From NCBI GenBank assembly GCA_009602735.1, contig WELA01003449.1:211597-275596 (forward strand): a DNA stretch of 64,000 nucleotides, in the 5' to 3' direction. The DNA is from Mesotaenium endlicherianum. Lineage: Eukaryota. Numbering within the stretch: position 1 is the stretch's first letter; every line of letters starts with the position of its first letter. The notes under the pieces were generated by a model that was not told the origin of the DNA, did no database searches, and saw only the letters and a program-made list of their open reading frames with translations. Shown piece by piece: positions 50,831 to 64,000 of this stretch. Position numbers and translations under genes: made by a program.

Positions 50831-52012
50831 TCTTTTGCATATTAACCTACAGGCAGCACGCGCTATTTGCAAGCCTATCCGACATTATTTACTCCTTGAC
50901 CCATATCTATTAGGTCAATTGAACATACACCCTTAGGCCATTGCGGGCAAAAGAAAAACAGATCAATACCCTCTAGTCACTGAAGCTCCTCCACTCATCC
51001 AACTAAAGGATGAAGAAGGGCAATTTTAAGCTAAGCTGGCTAAATGCTTTAATTTGGAATGTCCTATAATAGTAGGCACACAGCAGACTCGAGTCAAATC
51101 AAGCACTTGTTTCGTGCCCCTCGCACGCTTCGCGCTTCAGCTCCTCCAGAGCAAGCAAGCAGGAGCCACCCAGCAGGAGCCACCAACAACCTGCATCTCC
51201 ATACACCCAAGGCTCCGGTGCCCCGGAAGAGCAGCAGGACTTTTTTTTCCCCTGCCCCACTTTATCTCTCCCTCTCTCCAGTCTGCTTCTTTCATCCGTC
51301 CAACTTCTGTTGGAGAGGGCATCCCGGGAGGCACCCGTCGTCTGCCATCAGGCAACAGGGTGCACGTGTGGGCTCCTGTGATAGCACGTTGAGGAGGAGT
51401 CCGCCTCATTCGATGTTCTCCTTGCCCTTGGGCGCCTTGCTCACCTGCTCATTCGGATACAACACAACACAACATAACAAAGCAGACACAGCAAGAGAGA
51501 AAAGTCAGTCTCATGTGCCATCATGACAAGCAGCACTAAGTCCTTCTCTTCTTCTCTCGGCCCTCCCTCGTTAGCTTCTTAGCTTGCAATCACACTCTTG
51601 GCACTCTATATTTGTTTGTTCGCTGTGAGCGATACCCAAAGTTCTTATTCGTACTCTACTCGACAATACTTACATTATAACAATCAATCACTTCATGACT
51701 ACGCAGTGATTTTATGTGCCACAAAAGCGGGGGCCCCTCCTGCGCTTTCTTGGATTCGTCATCAGACAGTGTTGGGAGACGATACAAGCACACGAGGATC
51801 GAGGAGCGAGCGCAGGCATAGAGAGTGCCGACGAAAAGAGCGCGCCGACCAAAACACCCCTTCAAACAACTGAGCTGCATGCAGTTTCCCAGCATGGCGA
51901 CGGAGAAAGCGAACTGCCTACGAAACGCGTCCCCCTGTAAGACCCTCAGAACGTATCTGGACAACAATAACAATGCCGTATAGCAACCGCTGCGCATTAG
52001 CAGCCAGGCGGG

Positions 52013-54213
52013 TCAACGGGGGTTGCAGGCAGCAGGCAGCACACGCAGGTGTGACATGTGGCGCTCTACCTTGCGCAGATACTCCAGCCGCAGCTTGATG
52101 GCCGTCTGGATGCAGCTCGTCACGTCTATCCGGAAGATCACATCGTTGAACATCTGCACACGTGCACACGGCACGCCACGCGTTTCAGCACCCGGGCAGC
52201 AGCCGAGATCGTCAGCATCTGACGGCAAGCATCGCTGCTGACGAAGCGGAAAGGAGCGCGCGCCTCCTGTCTGAACCCTGGAAGTTTTTCTTTCTCTGCA
52301 CGCACGCGCGCACCCACACGCACATGCGCGCACACGCGTGCGCTTGCATCTTTTTGTGTGTGCATGACCGTGCGCGTCCGCGCACGTTTGTGTGTGTGTG
52401 TGCGTGCATGTGTGTATGTGAGTGTGTGCGTGTGTGCGCGCGTACAGGTCTGTAGTTTGCGCGCGCGTGCACGTGTGCCTCTCTCTCTCTCTCTCACCTT
52501 GATGGCGTCCTCGGAGGCGTACACCTCCTTCATCACGCGCTTCTTGTTCAGCCGCAGGATGGCCGCCACGCAGTACACGGGCAGATCCTCGCTGCCCGGG
52601 TCGATGTGCTCGCCGTCGCCCTGCAGGGCAGCTACGGACGTCAGCTTGGCCGACAGCTGGATGGCCTGCAGTCCTGACATGGGCACGTTGTCGCGCGTCG
52701 ACACCTGGAGCGGCTGCCGGCCCAGCACCTGCCCGCTCCGGGGCGGCTTCAACATGTGCACGGGGATGGAGTCGGGCAGGCTGATGAGAAGCGCCTGCGG
52801 CGTGTTGCGGTGGAATCCGTTGACCACCGTAGGATCGTAATCTGCCGCCCAGATCATCTGCTCACCCGGGCGCGAGAGAGAGAGGGGGGTACGGTGATGC
52901 CGCCGCAGCACCACACAAGCGCCAAGAAGCTCGTCAGTCTCTGCATGTTGTCGTAGCTTTGAAAATAAATACACGCTTGCTCTGATTTTCGGTGCTAGTC
53001 AGAAGCCACGCGGGAGCACATCCCACACCAAGGGGCTGCCCCCAAGCCCCAATTGCCGCCTGTCTGCCACCTGGACTCGGCACGGCACGCACACCTGGAG
53101 GTCGTTCATAGCGCAGTCACTGTTGCTGCGTGTGAAGCAGCAGCAGCAGCACTTGTATGTCTTTTTCCACACGAGTTCCTTGCAAGGGGAAGTCAATGTG
53201 CGGCCCTCCGTGAGAGAACGCAGGAGGAGACACAAACGGCCACTTCAAAGGACTTCAGGGCCTGGCTCCCCTACGAATGCCTGCATGATCCTTCCCCGCA
53301 GGGCTTTTCATCCTGCCTGTGTGCATGCGCACATGCATGCATCAAAGAGGCAGGTGGACAGATAGCAGGCAAGCGGGTGGGCAGGCAAGCGGGAGACAAC
53401 GTGAAAGAAAACGGAATGTGTTTCAGCAGAGAGCGCCTCTCCTCTTGCATCATTAGACAAACCAAGTGGAGCAATAATGTTCCAGAGGGAGTGCGCCACG
53501 GGGGAGTTGAAAGGGGAAAGGGGGGGGAGGAGGGGGGGNGGCTGTTATCTCTCCCTCTCATCCCTTCTCGCGGGTGTCTCACCTCCCACATGAGGAAGGC
53601 GTCGGCGAAGGAAACCTCGCGTCGGAACATGACGAGCAGCATGCGGAACGCAAACATGAAGTCGTCGGCGCCCACGTCCACCAGGTGGCGCAGCAGCCGC
53701 GGGTCGACGGCCGAGGTGATCGACCTGAGCGCGTCCAGCTGGCGCGTCACGCCCACGGGCCCCTCCGCGCTGAAGTTGCCCCTCTGCAGAAGAACAAGGG
53801 GCGCCCGCAGGAGGACAGGTGGCACCACGTCAGATCGGTCCGTGCAGCGGAAGGCTTGGGGACTGCAGGGGGAAATTCTCCTGCAACTGAGCAGTAGAGA
53901 CAGGGCAGACCGTGTGAGCACATGACGGCAAAAAATGAGGGCCCAGCGCGAGGCGCTGCCTGAGCTGGCAAGCAAGAGATTGAGGGGAGGGAGGAAGCGA
54001 GAGGGGAGGAGGGGGCCAGAGCGCTCCACACTTCTGTCAGGGAGCGTTCACACCCATGCTGGTGCTGGTGCAGGTGCTCTCCCTCCAAGGGACCGGCGTA
54101 AACATCATAGGAAGATATGGATGGATGACGAGGGTGCAAGTGACTGTAACTAGGGCCCACTCGCGGAAGCAGGTGGCTAGCGCCTGCTGCCCCTGCCCCT
54201 GCCTAGACACAGG

Positions 54214-54303
<90 letters not shown>

Positions 54304-57300
54304 AGAGGGGGGGGGGGAGGGAGCGAGCGCGCGCGCCTACCAGGCGGCCGAGGAAGTGCTCGAAGGCCCAGAAGGCGTCGGCGTCGTCCTCGAAGACGAT
54401 CAAGAAGGGCGACAGCAGATCGCACATGCCTGCACGCACGCACACACGCGAGAGGCGAGGGCAGAGCAGAGGGAGCCGAGAGAGAGGCAAAGGGCAGCAA
54501 AGAGAGAAGGGCAGCTGTCAGATGCCGGACGACGACAGGCAGAGGCAGGGCTCCTCAGGTAGACATGAAGCACACGAGCGCGCGCGCGCAGTACGTTGGT
54601 ACTCTCCTGTTGGCTTGGTGAGCCCCAGATGGGCCCTTCCATGCAGGCGCAAGCTCCGGGGAGGGAGGCCATAGGGTGAAACAAAAGAGCAGCCCCTGAC
54701 TTTGAGCAGCAACTGCAGCAGCAGCAGCAGCAGCAGTAGCAAGAAAAGCAGCAGTAGGGTCAGGGTCAGCAGCGGCAGCCACAGCAGCAGCAGCAGCAGT
54801 AGCAAGGGCACAAGTGGAGCACCTTGGCAGTAGCCCGTGGTGGGGTCCACCCAGGCATGGATGGCCAGGATGTCCGTCATCCGGGCGGAGTTGACGTCGT
54901 CGTGGAAGAACTCCACGTGCTGATCCGTGCGCACCACGTCCACCACTGCTCCCAGAGACGCACTCGCACGCGCACACGCACACGCACGCACACACACTCG
55001 CTTGCAACACGTCAGCTTCCTGCACACCAATGGCGGGACCTCAGGATGTCTCTGAAGTTAGAGGCAAAGAGCCGGCCTTTACAGGAGGCGTAGTTTCACC
55101 AGCGCAAGCGGCGTTTTTCACAATACCAGCCTATCCCAATTGAAGCATCCCTGCCCCTCCCCCCCCAAAGAAAAATACACACCCCGCAAACACAGTCTCC
55201 GAGGGAAGAGAGAGAGAGAACAGAAGAGGAGAAAAAAAGGCAAGGGAGCAGGGGACCACAGAGACCCATGGGCAAAGGGTCGAGAGAGAGGGAACAGCGC
55301 GTGCTTGCACGCACCAATCTTGTGGAGAGTCCACAGCCACTCAGCAACGCGGCTCTCTGTAACTCTTGTGCCAAGGGCAGCCACAGGGTCGTTCTCCTCC
55401 TCCTCCTCCTCCTCCTCCTCTTCTTTCATGCCCCCCAACTCCCCGCCGCCCCCCAGGGCCCCCTCCATACCGCCGCCGCCGCCATCGTCCAGCCGCCCCT
55501 GCTGGTGCATCATCCCCACGCCGTCAATGTCCATCGAGCGCCGGCCGCCGCACTCGCTCTCGGAGTCGCCGCCCGCCTGCGAGTCGTCGAAGCTGGCGTT
55601 GCTGGCGCTCTTCTTCATCGAGCCCGGCATCAGCGGCGTTGCCGCCGACGGGGAGCTCCCCGGGCCCCCCCCCCCGCCCCCGGCCCCGCGCTTGGTGAGC
55701 ATGCGGCCCAGGCTGATGGTTTTGCTGCGCGCCCACCCGCTGTGCTTGGGCTGCTCCTTCTCGGCCGTGTGGAACGAGGACTGCCGCCCGAACGGCGAGT
55801 CGCAGTCGGAGCCGTCGCCGCCCGCGCCGCCCCCCGCGCCGCCGCCAATGACGTCGCTCCTCTCGCGCTCGCGCATGCTGTTCTTCAGCACCCCCCAGTA
55901 AAACGACGGGCCCCCCTTGGCCTTGCCGCTGCCGGCGGCGGCGGCTGGCAGGCCGCGCTGCGGCGAGGGCGCGACGCCCGTGCCCTTGCTGCCGCCCACC
56001 ACGCTGGAGGGGCTCGCCACGCTGGAGGGGCTGGCTACGCTGTGCGACGGCGTGGCATCCCCCGCCTCCGAGCCGCCCATGTCGGGATTGCTGCTGGAGT
56101 CGAGCGCGCGCCGCGAGCCGAAGCTCTTCCACTGCCACCCGCGGTTGCGCCGCGTTGGCGTCTTGGGTGTCTTGGGCCTGCTGCTGGTGTTGCTGCTGCT
56201 GCGGCCGCCGCCGAGCCCGCGCCTCTCTTTCTCGTCGGCCCCGTCGCCAACATTGAGCGACAGGTGGCGCGCGCCCCCGCCGCCGCCGCCCTGCTCGTCC
56301 TCGTTGTCGCTCTCGCGGGCCAGCATCTCCTCCATGTACGCCAGCTTGGCGAGCTTCTCCTTGGCCACCTCGCGCTGCTTCTCCTGCTGCCCCGGCTCCT
56401 GAGCCTCCAGCTGCCGCCGGAAGTCGTCCCCGCGCGTCGACAGCTCGTCGTCGCCCCCCCCGCCCCGGCGTGCGGAGAGCGAGCGCTCAAACATGGTGCC
56501 CCTGCGCGCCTCTTTCAGCGTCAGCTTGGGGAGCAGCAGGGAGTCAGCGCCGCCGCTGACGCCGTCGATGCCCGAGCGGCTGCGGGAGCGCTGCAGGCTG
56601 CGCCGCCCGGACCCGAAGCTCTGGGCGGCGCTGCGGCCGCCAGAGCCGCCGCCCGAGCCCCCGGCGTCAAAAGAGCCCCACCCGTTGACGCGCGGCACGT
56701 TGTCAAAGGGCAGCAGCGGAGGGTGCTCGTCGCGCACGTTGGCCACGCGCGCGCTCCGCGACTTGCGCAGCTGCATGGACGCCGCCTGCTGCTCCAGCTT
56801 GAGGTTGGAGTGCTTGGTTAGCCGCAGGTGCCCCAGCTTCGCGTCCGGGTGCGCCTCGCCGGCGCCCCCGCCGCCGCCTGTGGCGCGCACGTCCTCGCGC
56901 CGCGAGCCCACCGCAAACGCGGGCTTGCCCGTGCCGATGCTGTCGTTCATCTGGCGGCACTNTGGAGTCGAGCGCGCGCCGCGAGCCGAAGCTCTTCCAC
57001 TGCCACCCGCGGTTGCGCCGCGTTGGCGTCTTGGGTGTCTTGGGCCTGCTGCTGGTGTTGCTGCTGCTGCGGCCGCCGCCGAGCCCGCGCCTCTCTTTCT
57101 CGTCGGCCCCGTCGCCAACATTGAGCGACAGGTGGCGCGCGCCCCCGCCGCCGCCGCCCTGCTCGTCCTCGTTGTCGCTCTCGCGGGCCAGCATCTCCTC
57201 CATGTACGCCAGCTTGGCGAGCTTCTCCTTGGCCACCTCGCGCTGCTTCTCCTGCTGCCCCGGCTCCTGAGCCTCCAGCTGCCGCCGGAAGTCGTCCCCG

Positions 57301-59748
57301 CGCGTCGACAGCTCGTCGTCGCCCCCCCCGCCCCGGCGTGCGGAGAGCGAGCGCTCAAACATGGTGCCCCTGCGCGCCTCTTTCAGCGTCAGCTTGGGGA
57401 GCAGCAGGGAGTCAGCGCCGCCGCTGACGCCGTCGATGCCCGAGCGGCTGCGGGAGCGCTGCAGGCTGCGCCGCCCGGACCCGAAGCTCTGGGCGGCGCT
57501 GCGGCCGCCAGAGCCGCCGCCCGAGCCCCCGGCGTCAAAAGAGCCCCACCCGTTGACGCGCGGCACGTTGTCAAAGGGCAGCAGCGGAGGGTGCTCGTCG
57601 CGCACGTTGGCCACGCGCGCGCTCCGCGACTTGCGCAGCTGCATGGACGCCGCCTGCTGCTCCAGCTTGAGGTTGGAGTGCTTGGTTAGCCGCAGGTGCC
57701 CCAGCTTCGCGTCCGGGTGCGCCTCGCCGGCGCCCCCGCCGCCGCCTGTGGCGCGCACGTCCTCGCGCCGCGAGCCCACCGCAAACGCGGGCTTGCCCGT
57801 GCCGATGCTGTCGTTCATCTGGCGGCACTGCTGCACCAGCTCCAGGTACCTCAGCCTGCACACCGCCCAGCCCAGCCGCCCGCCCAACCGCCCGCCAAAC
57901 GCCCAGTCGTCCGCCCAGCCCGTCGCCGCCCGCCCACCCACGCGCCACCAGAAGAAGAAGAGAGCATCAGCACTGAGCACGTCGGTCCGGCCGGATGCGC
58001 GCACGCACGCGCACCCGCGTGGCGCCCACCTTTTTTGACGACAGCAAAGTCCCGGTGTGAGTTGTGAGCGCATCAACGGCGTATGCACGACTCACCTGGA
58101 CGCACCGGGACAGGACCTGGACCAGATGCATTTGGATGCAAAGGATGTGCATGCACCCACCTTCGCGCTTCTCTGAGCTCGTGGCGCTCATCGTCGGTAA
58201 ATTCTGGGGGGTAGCAGCTGAGCAGAAACTCCCACACTTCCCCTCGCACCGAGTAGTCCACGCCCTGCCACGTGTCACGGCCACAAGCGCCCCGAGTCAG
58301 CTTGCATCCAGCTGGCGGGCTACGACCTTGCAGACAGGAGGGCCCTCAAGGCGTAACGCCCGCTGCAACAGCTGGCACATTTGGGCCGCGTCCTCCGGTG
58401 CACGACATCTGTCACGTACACATGCACACGTGGTGCATGAGCACAAGCGCTGCTGCAACATTTGCAAGTTACTACCACTGGAAGAAAGCTTCACATACCC
58501 ATAGGAATTGCTGCGGGTTCCTGGACCTCGCACGCGCACACACAGTGAGAGAGAAAGACTCCACGCCCCCCTTCCTCACCACCAACTCTCCCTTCCTGAT
58601 GCCCTCTCCCTCCCTCTCCCTCCCTCTCCCTCCCTCTCCCAATGCATCCCTTCTTGGCCTTTTGCACCCCATGCTCTTGCAAGGGCTCTCTCTACCTCTT
58701 GTAGCCCCCCCCCCTCTCTCCTCCCCCCACTTTTCCCCCTCTCAGAAGCAACTGCCAGCAAAGTCCTCCGCAAGGACACGACGGGAGCACATCGAGAGGC
58801 AAGTTGAAATAGCAAATGGAGAACTTTTTGACACGCAAGAGAGGCAGGTGCTGTCAGCCGAGCTGTGTGCTGTGTGCCATACGGTGCCTGTTGTGTGCTG
58901 GCAGTGTGAGTTTCTCTCTCTCTCTCATACACACACACACACACAAAACCTCCCCCTCCGTCACGGTCCCCTCACTCACCCCCTCCAGGATGTAGCGCAG
59001 CAGCTTGGGCACGTTCTTGAGCGTGCCGTCGTAGTCGATGGATGCCTTCCACACCTTCGCCTTCAGCCGCTTCGGGTTCTGCTCAAAAAAATATAATCAC
59101 ACCATACACGTAGCGCGCAAGAGAGGGAGAAATGAGAGGGAAGGAGCGTGAGAAAGACGGGACATTACTTGTTTCTGTCGGCCAGGTGATGCGCTGTCGA
59201 CTCGACAGCAGCAGGAGCAGCGGCAGCAGCAGCAGCAGCAGCAGCAGCAGGCTAACAGCACCGGGGTTGCCGCGCATCTCGCAACAACATCTGCAGCGCG
59301 GCGGCCCTACGTATCCGCGCTCCGGGCGCACTTGCACCTGCAGCCTCGCCAGCACTCGCGCCTGGTTCTTCTCCCTCATTCTCTTTCCTTCTTTCATCAG
59401 AACCTCCCTCTTTCGCGGCTCCTTCTCCGCCTCAATTCCATAAGCCCGCTTGCACTTGCGCCCACTCGTACCCTCAGCTGCAAATCACATGGAGGACAGA
59501 GAGGAGCAGCAGCAGCAGCAGCAGCAGCAGGGGCACAGGAGGAGGAGGAGAGGCAGTGCGATGGAGAGCGGGGGGAGTACCAGGTTGGCAGAGATGGTGG
59601 TCGCTCGCCGGTTGCCGAACTCGACGACGGGGACGTCGGCGCCACTCGGCTGCCCCCCGCCCGACGACGACAGTGAGAACGCGCCCCCGATGGAGCTCAG
59701 CAGAGCCGCACGCCGGGACCACCGCTTGCCCTCCACCTGCTGGGCCAT
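52013..59748 (-). CDS. TBC-domain Rab GTPase-activating protein (plant GYP7/TBC1D15-like), ~9-10 exons
   Basis: Exons: 59748-59581 (tentative first), [59477-59472 possible microexon], 59078-58980, 58264-58161 (GVDYSVRGEVWEFLLSCY), 57855-55315 (includes artefactual duplication; ends EWLWTLHKI), 54945-54823 (VVDVVRTD...DILAIHAWVDPTTGYCQG), 54429-54341 (MCDLLSPF...DAFWAF), 53783-53583 (FAFRMLLVMFRREVSF), 52857-52498, 52153-52013. The IxxDVxRT arginine-finger and YxQG glutamine-finger motifs are intact. Confidence 0.92.
54224..54300. repeat. (GA)n microsatellite in TBC intron
   Basis: Directly visible pure GA run close to a splice donor. Confidence 0.95.
56095..57829. other. Exact 867-bp tandem duplication around a single N (probable assembly artefact)
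   Basis: 56095-56961 appears identical to 56963-57829, with N at 56962; offset 868 breaks the reading frame inside a coding exon. Confidence 0.92.
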
Positions 59749-62700
59749 TCCTCCTCCTCCTCCTCGTCGTCCTTCTGCTGCTGCTGCTCCTACCTCCCGC
59801 ACTTAGCTTCCGAGCTGTCGCCCCGCCACCTAGGACGCCAGCGTGGCTGGCGCTCGGGCGGGCGGCAGGCGGGTTCTCGTACTGGCTCAATGTGTGGACA
59901 CTGTCTAGCCTATGGCTGCACTCAGCAGGAAGAGCCTAGATGCCTAGGTTGACCTAGGCGTCCGGGCGGAGCCCTAGGGGCCTACTAGCTTGCGCAGCAT
60001 GCCGGGATGCTCCTCTCTTCGGGCTCCTGGCGCTGACACCTGTCCGCCCTGCCCCCTCACACCATCGCCTCTTGCAGGTTGTTGCGCATATTTTACTGGG
60101 AGCTGCAGCAAGCACGCAGAGAGGCAAAGGGACTGCGTGCGCAAGTCTCCGTCTTCTCGTCCTAACCTGTCCTGCCTGGGCGGCTATGCGGTGGAGTGGA
60201 CAGATGGCGGAACTGTGAAGCTTCTCCTGGCTGCCTGTACCCAGGGTGGCCCACTCGTTTCTTTTTGCCATGTCAGTAATGCATGATCTTATTTCAAACA
60301 ACTTCACGCCCTTTTAGGCCAATAATGCTCTCCTCATTCCTCCTCGGCTCCTCTACAGGTGGAAAATATGACATGCGCCAGATCAGAGGAACACACAGAG
60401 AAAGGGGGGGGGGGGGNNNNNNNNNNNNNNNNNNNNNNNNNNNNNNNNNNNNNNNNNNNNNGGGGGGGGGATAAAGGGGGAAAAGAGGGAATCAGCAAGA
60501 GGGTGGCAGCAAGCAGCAGCCCTCCTGGCGCACAAGGCAGGCCCTCCTGGTGTTTCCTTCTCTATCCCAACCTCCCAGTCACCCTCACCAAGTCCTTGTT
60601 TCCCCATGTCTAATCTCACCTAACCTCACATGCGGATAGGATGACATGAAAGCGAGCGGCTTGAATGCGCCCGGTTTTTGCAATCCCCTCTCTCCCCCCC
60701 GGTGTGACAATGATTCCCACTGTTTCCGGCACGCTCAGGCAAGAAACTGCCGAAGGACTGGGCCCCACATATAGTTGGCAATTATTGTGATGGGACATCG
60801 GTCCACCAAGCCGCTCACATTCATGTGCGAAATCGCATGCTCAGAGAGCCACCCACATGTCGCCCCACCCCCCTCCCTCCTTCAGCCTGCCACATGCACC
60901 CCTGCTAGCTCCTCTGGGTACAAACCAAATCACGATGTGGAAGAGATGCATCCTGTCCTTTGGACCCTCGACAGCAGGCTGGGCGCTTGGCTGGCTGCAG
61001 CCTGGTAAGGGCCTATGCATTATAGAGAGCTGATCTTGGCACTTTATTTGGCTTCAATTGCTGGAGCTTACATGCTTGATGTTTGACAGCTACCCCTAAA
61101 AGTCATACCCTTGTCGAGGAATGAGGACGATGTCAGCCTGCTCTTATGCATGATACTAGCCTACACACAGGATGCCATGATGCAAACTTGATATGCTTAC
61201 CCCTCTTTTCTCGACTCATCAGGCTGGCCACAATGAGCGCCCCAACCACACCCCCTCCTCTTTACACAAGCAATTACGCTATAGCTGCCTCCCTGCTAAT
61301 TAAGGTGACTAAAAGCTCATCACATCTCGAGCATTTTCCTGTCCCCCCACCTCCCCCCCCCCCTCACCCTTCTAAGAAAGCGAGACCCCTCACTCGACTT
61401 CAACCTCAAAAGTTTAATCTGGGGCTGCAAGTCACAAAGTTGTTTCCGAATGATTTTCTATATGAAGCTGGAACAGCTGATGGCTCATTAGCTGGTTTGT
61501 TGAAAAAGTTTGTGGGAGGAGAGGAGTGTGTTAGCTTTTGCGTATGATGTTGCGTGCGACTGCTTTCAGGTCCTATAAAGGAATGTGCAGGGCCTACAAC
61601 TCCCAATGGAAGTCATAAATTCCGCCTGAAGGTGTCAGGAGCAGCTTCAGGAAGTACTCAAAAAAGCGCATGCAAAAAGCTTGGGTGCTCCCTCCTTGCC
61701 GGAAGTTGCTACAGTTTCAGCGCACGTGGTTCACAATGTCTCCCAGTAGGCCACCGGTTCAAATTTGCTTATTCCTCATCAACCACCGTGTACCAATTCT
61801 CTCGGATCATGGTTTCACGCTCTTCACGATCAACTCAACCATAAGCCATTCTTCCCAAAAAAAGTGTACCCAAACTACATTGCAGTAAGCCGGCCTGCTT
61901 AATCAAGTCGTGGCTTGAAAACTACCAGACAGAGACAATCATAATTTCAAAGCAGAAACTGACTCTGTCCGCGGACTGTCTCGAACACAAAAGTTGGAGA
62001 TGCTTAACAGAGCTCGGTATAAAAAGGCAACCATGCGTGGTGAACTCACAGAGGCTTCATTGGAAAGGGTTCAGGGGGCAATATGGTCCAAGGACGCACC
62101 TGCGCTAGCTCAAACATGCGGCTGGAATTTCCGGACATAGGCGCATCTTGACAAGACATGGGCCTTAGCAGCTCAAGCATAGTAACCCTTTATATCGCAC
62201 ACAAGGCGTCCCATTACCAATATGTCATTGCGCCTGGTTTAGTAATGCAGATAGTTGCTATTGGTAGTCGCATGTATTCAGGACCTCTGCTAATAAAGGC
62301 AGAGTCGATGGCCCTTAAGGGCACTAGCGCTGAGTAAACATCTGCAGAAAGAGGAAGGGGCGAGTGCACTCATTCACCACGAAGACAAAGAAATCACCAT
62401 ATCAGCTTAGTTTCCCCATCTGCCATAGAGACGAGCACACTGTTTGATGACATTCATCATCAGCTTAGCCTCAACATCATGGATATGACTCCATGTCAGT
62501 AGATAGGCTGGGATGGGCTGGGAGCAGGCTGAGGGACTCGTATTTCTGGCAGTGAGCTACCAACAACATTATTAGCCTGCCACAGCCTCACAAGGCCAGC
62601 AGAGAGCAAGCGTGTGGCATGTGCATCAGGTGAATTTTTGGAATGAGCAGGAGTGAGCAGGAGTGATCAGGATTGTCGCCTGGCGTCGCCGAATTTGAAG

Positions 62701-64000
62701 CGCGTGTGAGGTTGCTTTGCAATGATTATCAAGTTTCTGTCATCACCTCGAGGCTCGCACTTAAAAGCGCGCGTGTCATGTAAGGTACTTCACGCATTGG
62801 CAATTTGGCACTATTCTGCTCAATTCTGCTCCAATCATGTAGTGCAAACAAATATCTGCTTCAAATGGCTTCAAATGCTGCCCGAGTCCTTGTTTACATT
62901 GGCTGCCAGTTGATGCCAGTCGAGCACTTTAATTGCCCTCATAATTGGCGGATTGAATCTTTTTATTTCGGCCCGAGGCCGCCCTTGAGCGCGAAGGGGG
63001 CTACATACATGAGGCAATATTCATAGCTTGTGCATAGCCTAAGTGATTCCTGTCACACGCGCCTCCTCACACCTTGCCTAAATTTTATCTTGAAAAAGTG
63101 GAATTTTGCAAATGAGTTGACCATCATCAATTGCTGCTATGTATGTCATTTGGCAACGACGTAGTAATCATACCAAATCATACGGTCTCTTATGGTCTAT
63201 TTTGATGACGCACACTGACGTACGATTATGATAGAGCCTAGAGTATATCGCTGAGTCCTGACTCCCGACTCCTGAGTCCTGACCCTCAGAGCTTTTTATT
63301 CTCGGTCAATGCACGGTCGACCAGATGACCTGAGATGACCGGTAACAAATGATTCTGGCCACTCTTCAGCATTCACTTTTTTTGACTTTCTTGGCAATCT
63401 CGGCAACTCGCGGCCTATGTCGGCGTCGGCCACGGCCACGGCTGGTCTCGGCCAGTCTCGGCAGGTCTCGGGAGTCGGGACCAGTCGGGACCCTCAGCCC
63501 AGCCTCAGCCCATGTCAGCCCATGTCTTGCCGGGACCAGCCGGGACTAGCCTGAATGCAGGTATTGACGCATATTGACCCATACATAGTCTTGTCGATCA
63601 TGTTTGACTACATCGTACGGTTTTAATATTCTGGCTTGGGATCAATTCCAGTGCATGCTATGCTGATGCTATGCATTTGAGTCCTGCTAGCGATGGGGAC
63701 GTATAGAGTTCGTTGTCACTACCCTTGTCCAGAATCTATGTTTTATGGTTACTTTAGTGCATACTTCCGCTGAGTTTGGCCTTAACGTTTTGTGCTACGT
63801 CTTGCGAGTATAGTTGGTTGAGAAATTGACTAGCTGCGCTCATTAAAAAGTTTGCTTCTAATTCGTCCCTTCAATTGATCCGAAAGGATATTACATTAAC
63901 CATGGTGCACCTTACAGATGAAAATCGCAGTAGTAAATTTAATTGCGGTATTTCAGCAAGCATGCTTCTATGCATCTTAGACCAACCGATATGGTAACTT

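Noticed and set aside
55268..57689. Long plus-strand ORFs (517 aa, 398 aa), and similarly 29500-30831 minus and 2599-3645 minus
   Set aside because: Antisense or off-frame shadows of very GC-rich exons and microsatellites, with no independent coding signature.
56095..57829. Apparent internal repeat and frameshift in the TBC protein
   Set aside because: Identical copies around a single N; collapsing them restores one open exon.
63860..63890. GTCCCTTC...ATCCGA resembling the 5' end of U6 snRNA
   Set aside because: No ACAGAGA box or other downstream U6 sequence.

Overview
Eukaryotic, intron-rich genomic DNA from a plant-lineage organism; the land-plant-like proteins, very GC-rich internal exons and microsatellite-rich introns suggest a streptophyte green alga (inference). 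Seven spliced genes could be reconstructed by hand with consistent intron phases: a bacterial-looking DUF4149/TMEM205-like membrane protein (-), an RGG-box HABP4/SERBP1/Stm1-type RNA-binding protein (-), Bax inhibitor-1 (-, one GC-AG intron), molybdopterin synthase catalytic subunit (-), COG7 (+), RPL22 (-) and a plant-type TBC/RabGAP (-). There is also one weak two-exon orphan ORF (+). The region ~36-51 kb is a nested transposon island. A full-length decayed Ty3/Gypsy chromovirus (two LTRs, PBS, PPT, GTGTA target-site duplication) sits inside an older antisense Gypsy element whose integrase is followed by a PHD finger. The chromovirus is itself interrupted by a solo LTR (AAGGT duplication) and by a 570-bp insert flanked by an anomalous 29-bp direct duplication. 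Three exact 0.84-0.99 kb duplications around single Ns are most likely assembly artefacts. No rRNA, tRNA, snRNA or CRISPR array was recognised. I found no system I can claim as new; the best leads are the integrase-PHD element, the 29-bp-duplication insert, the possible HGT gene and the phased 10-bp GGAC array.
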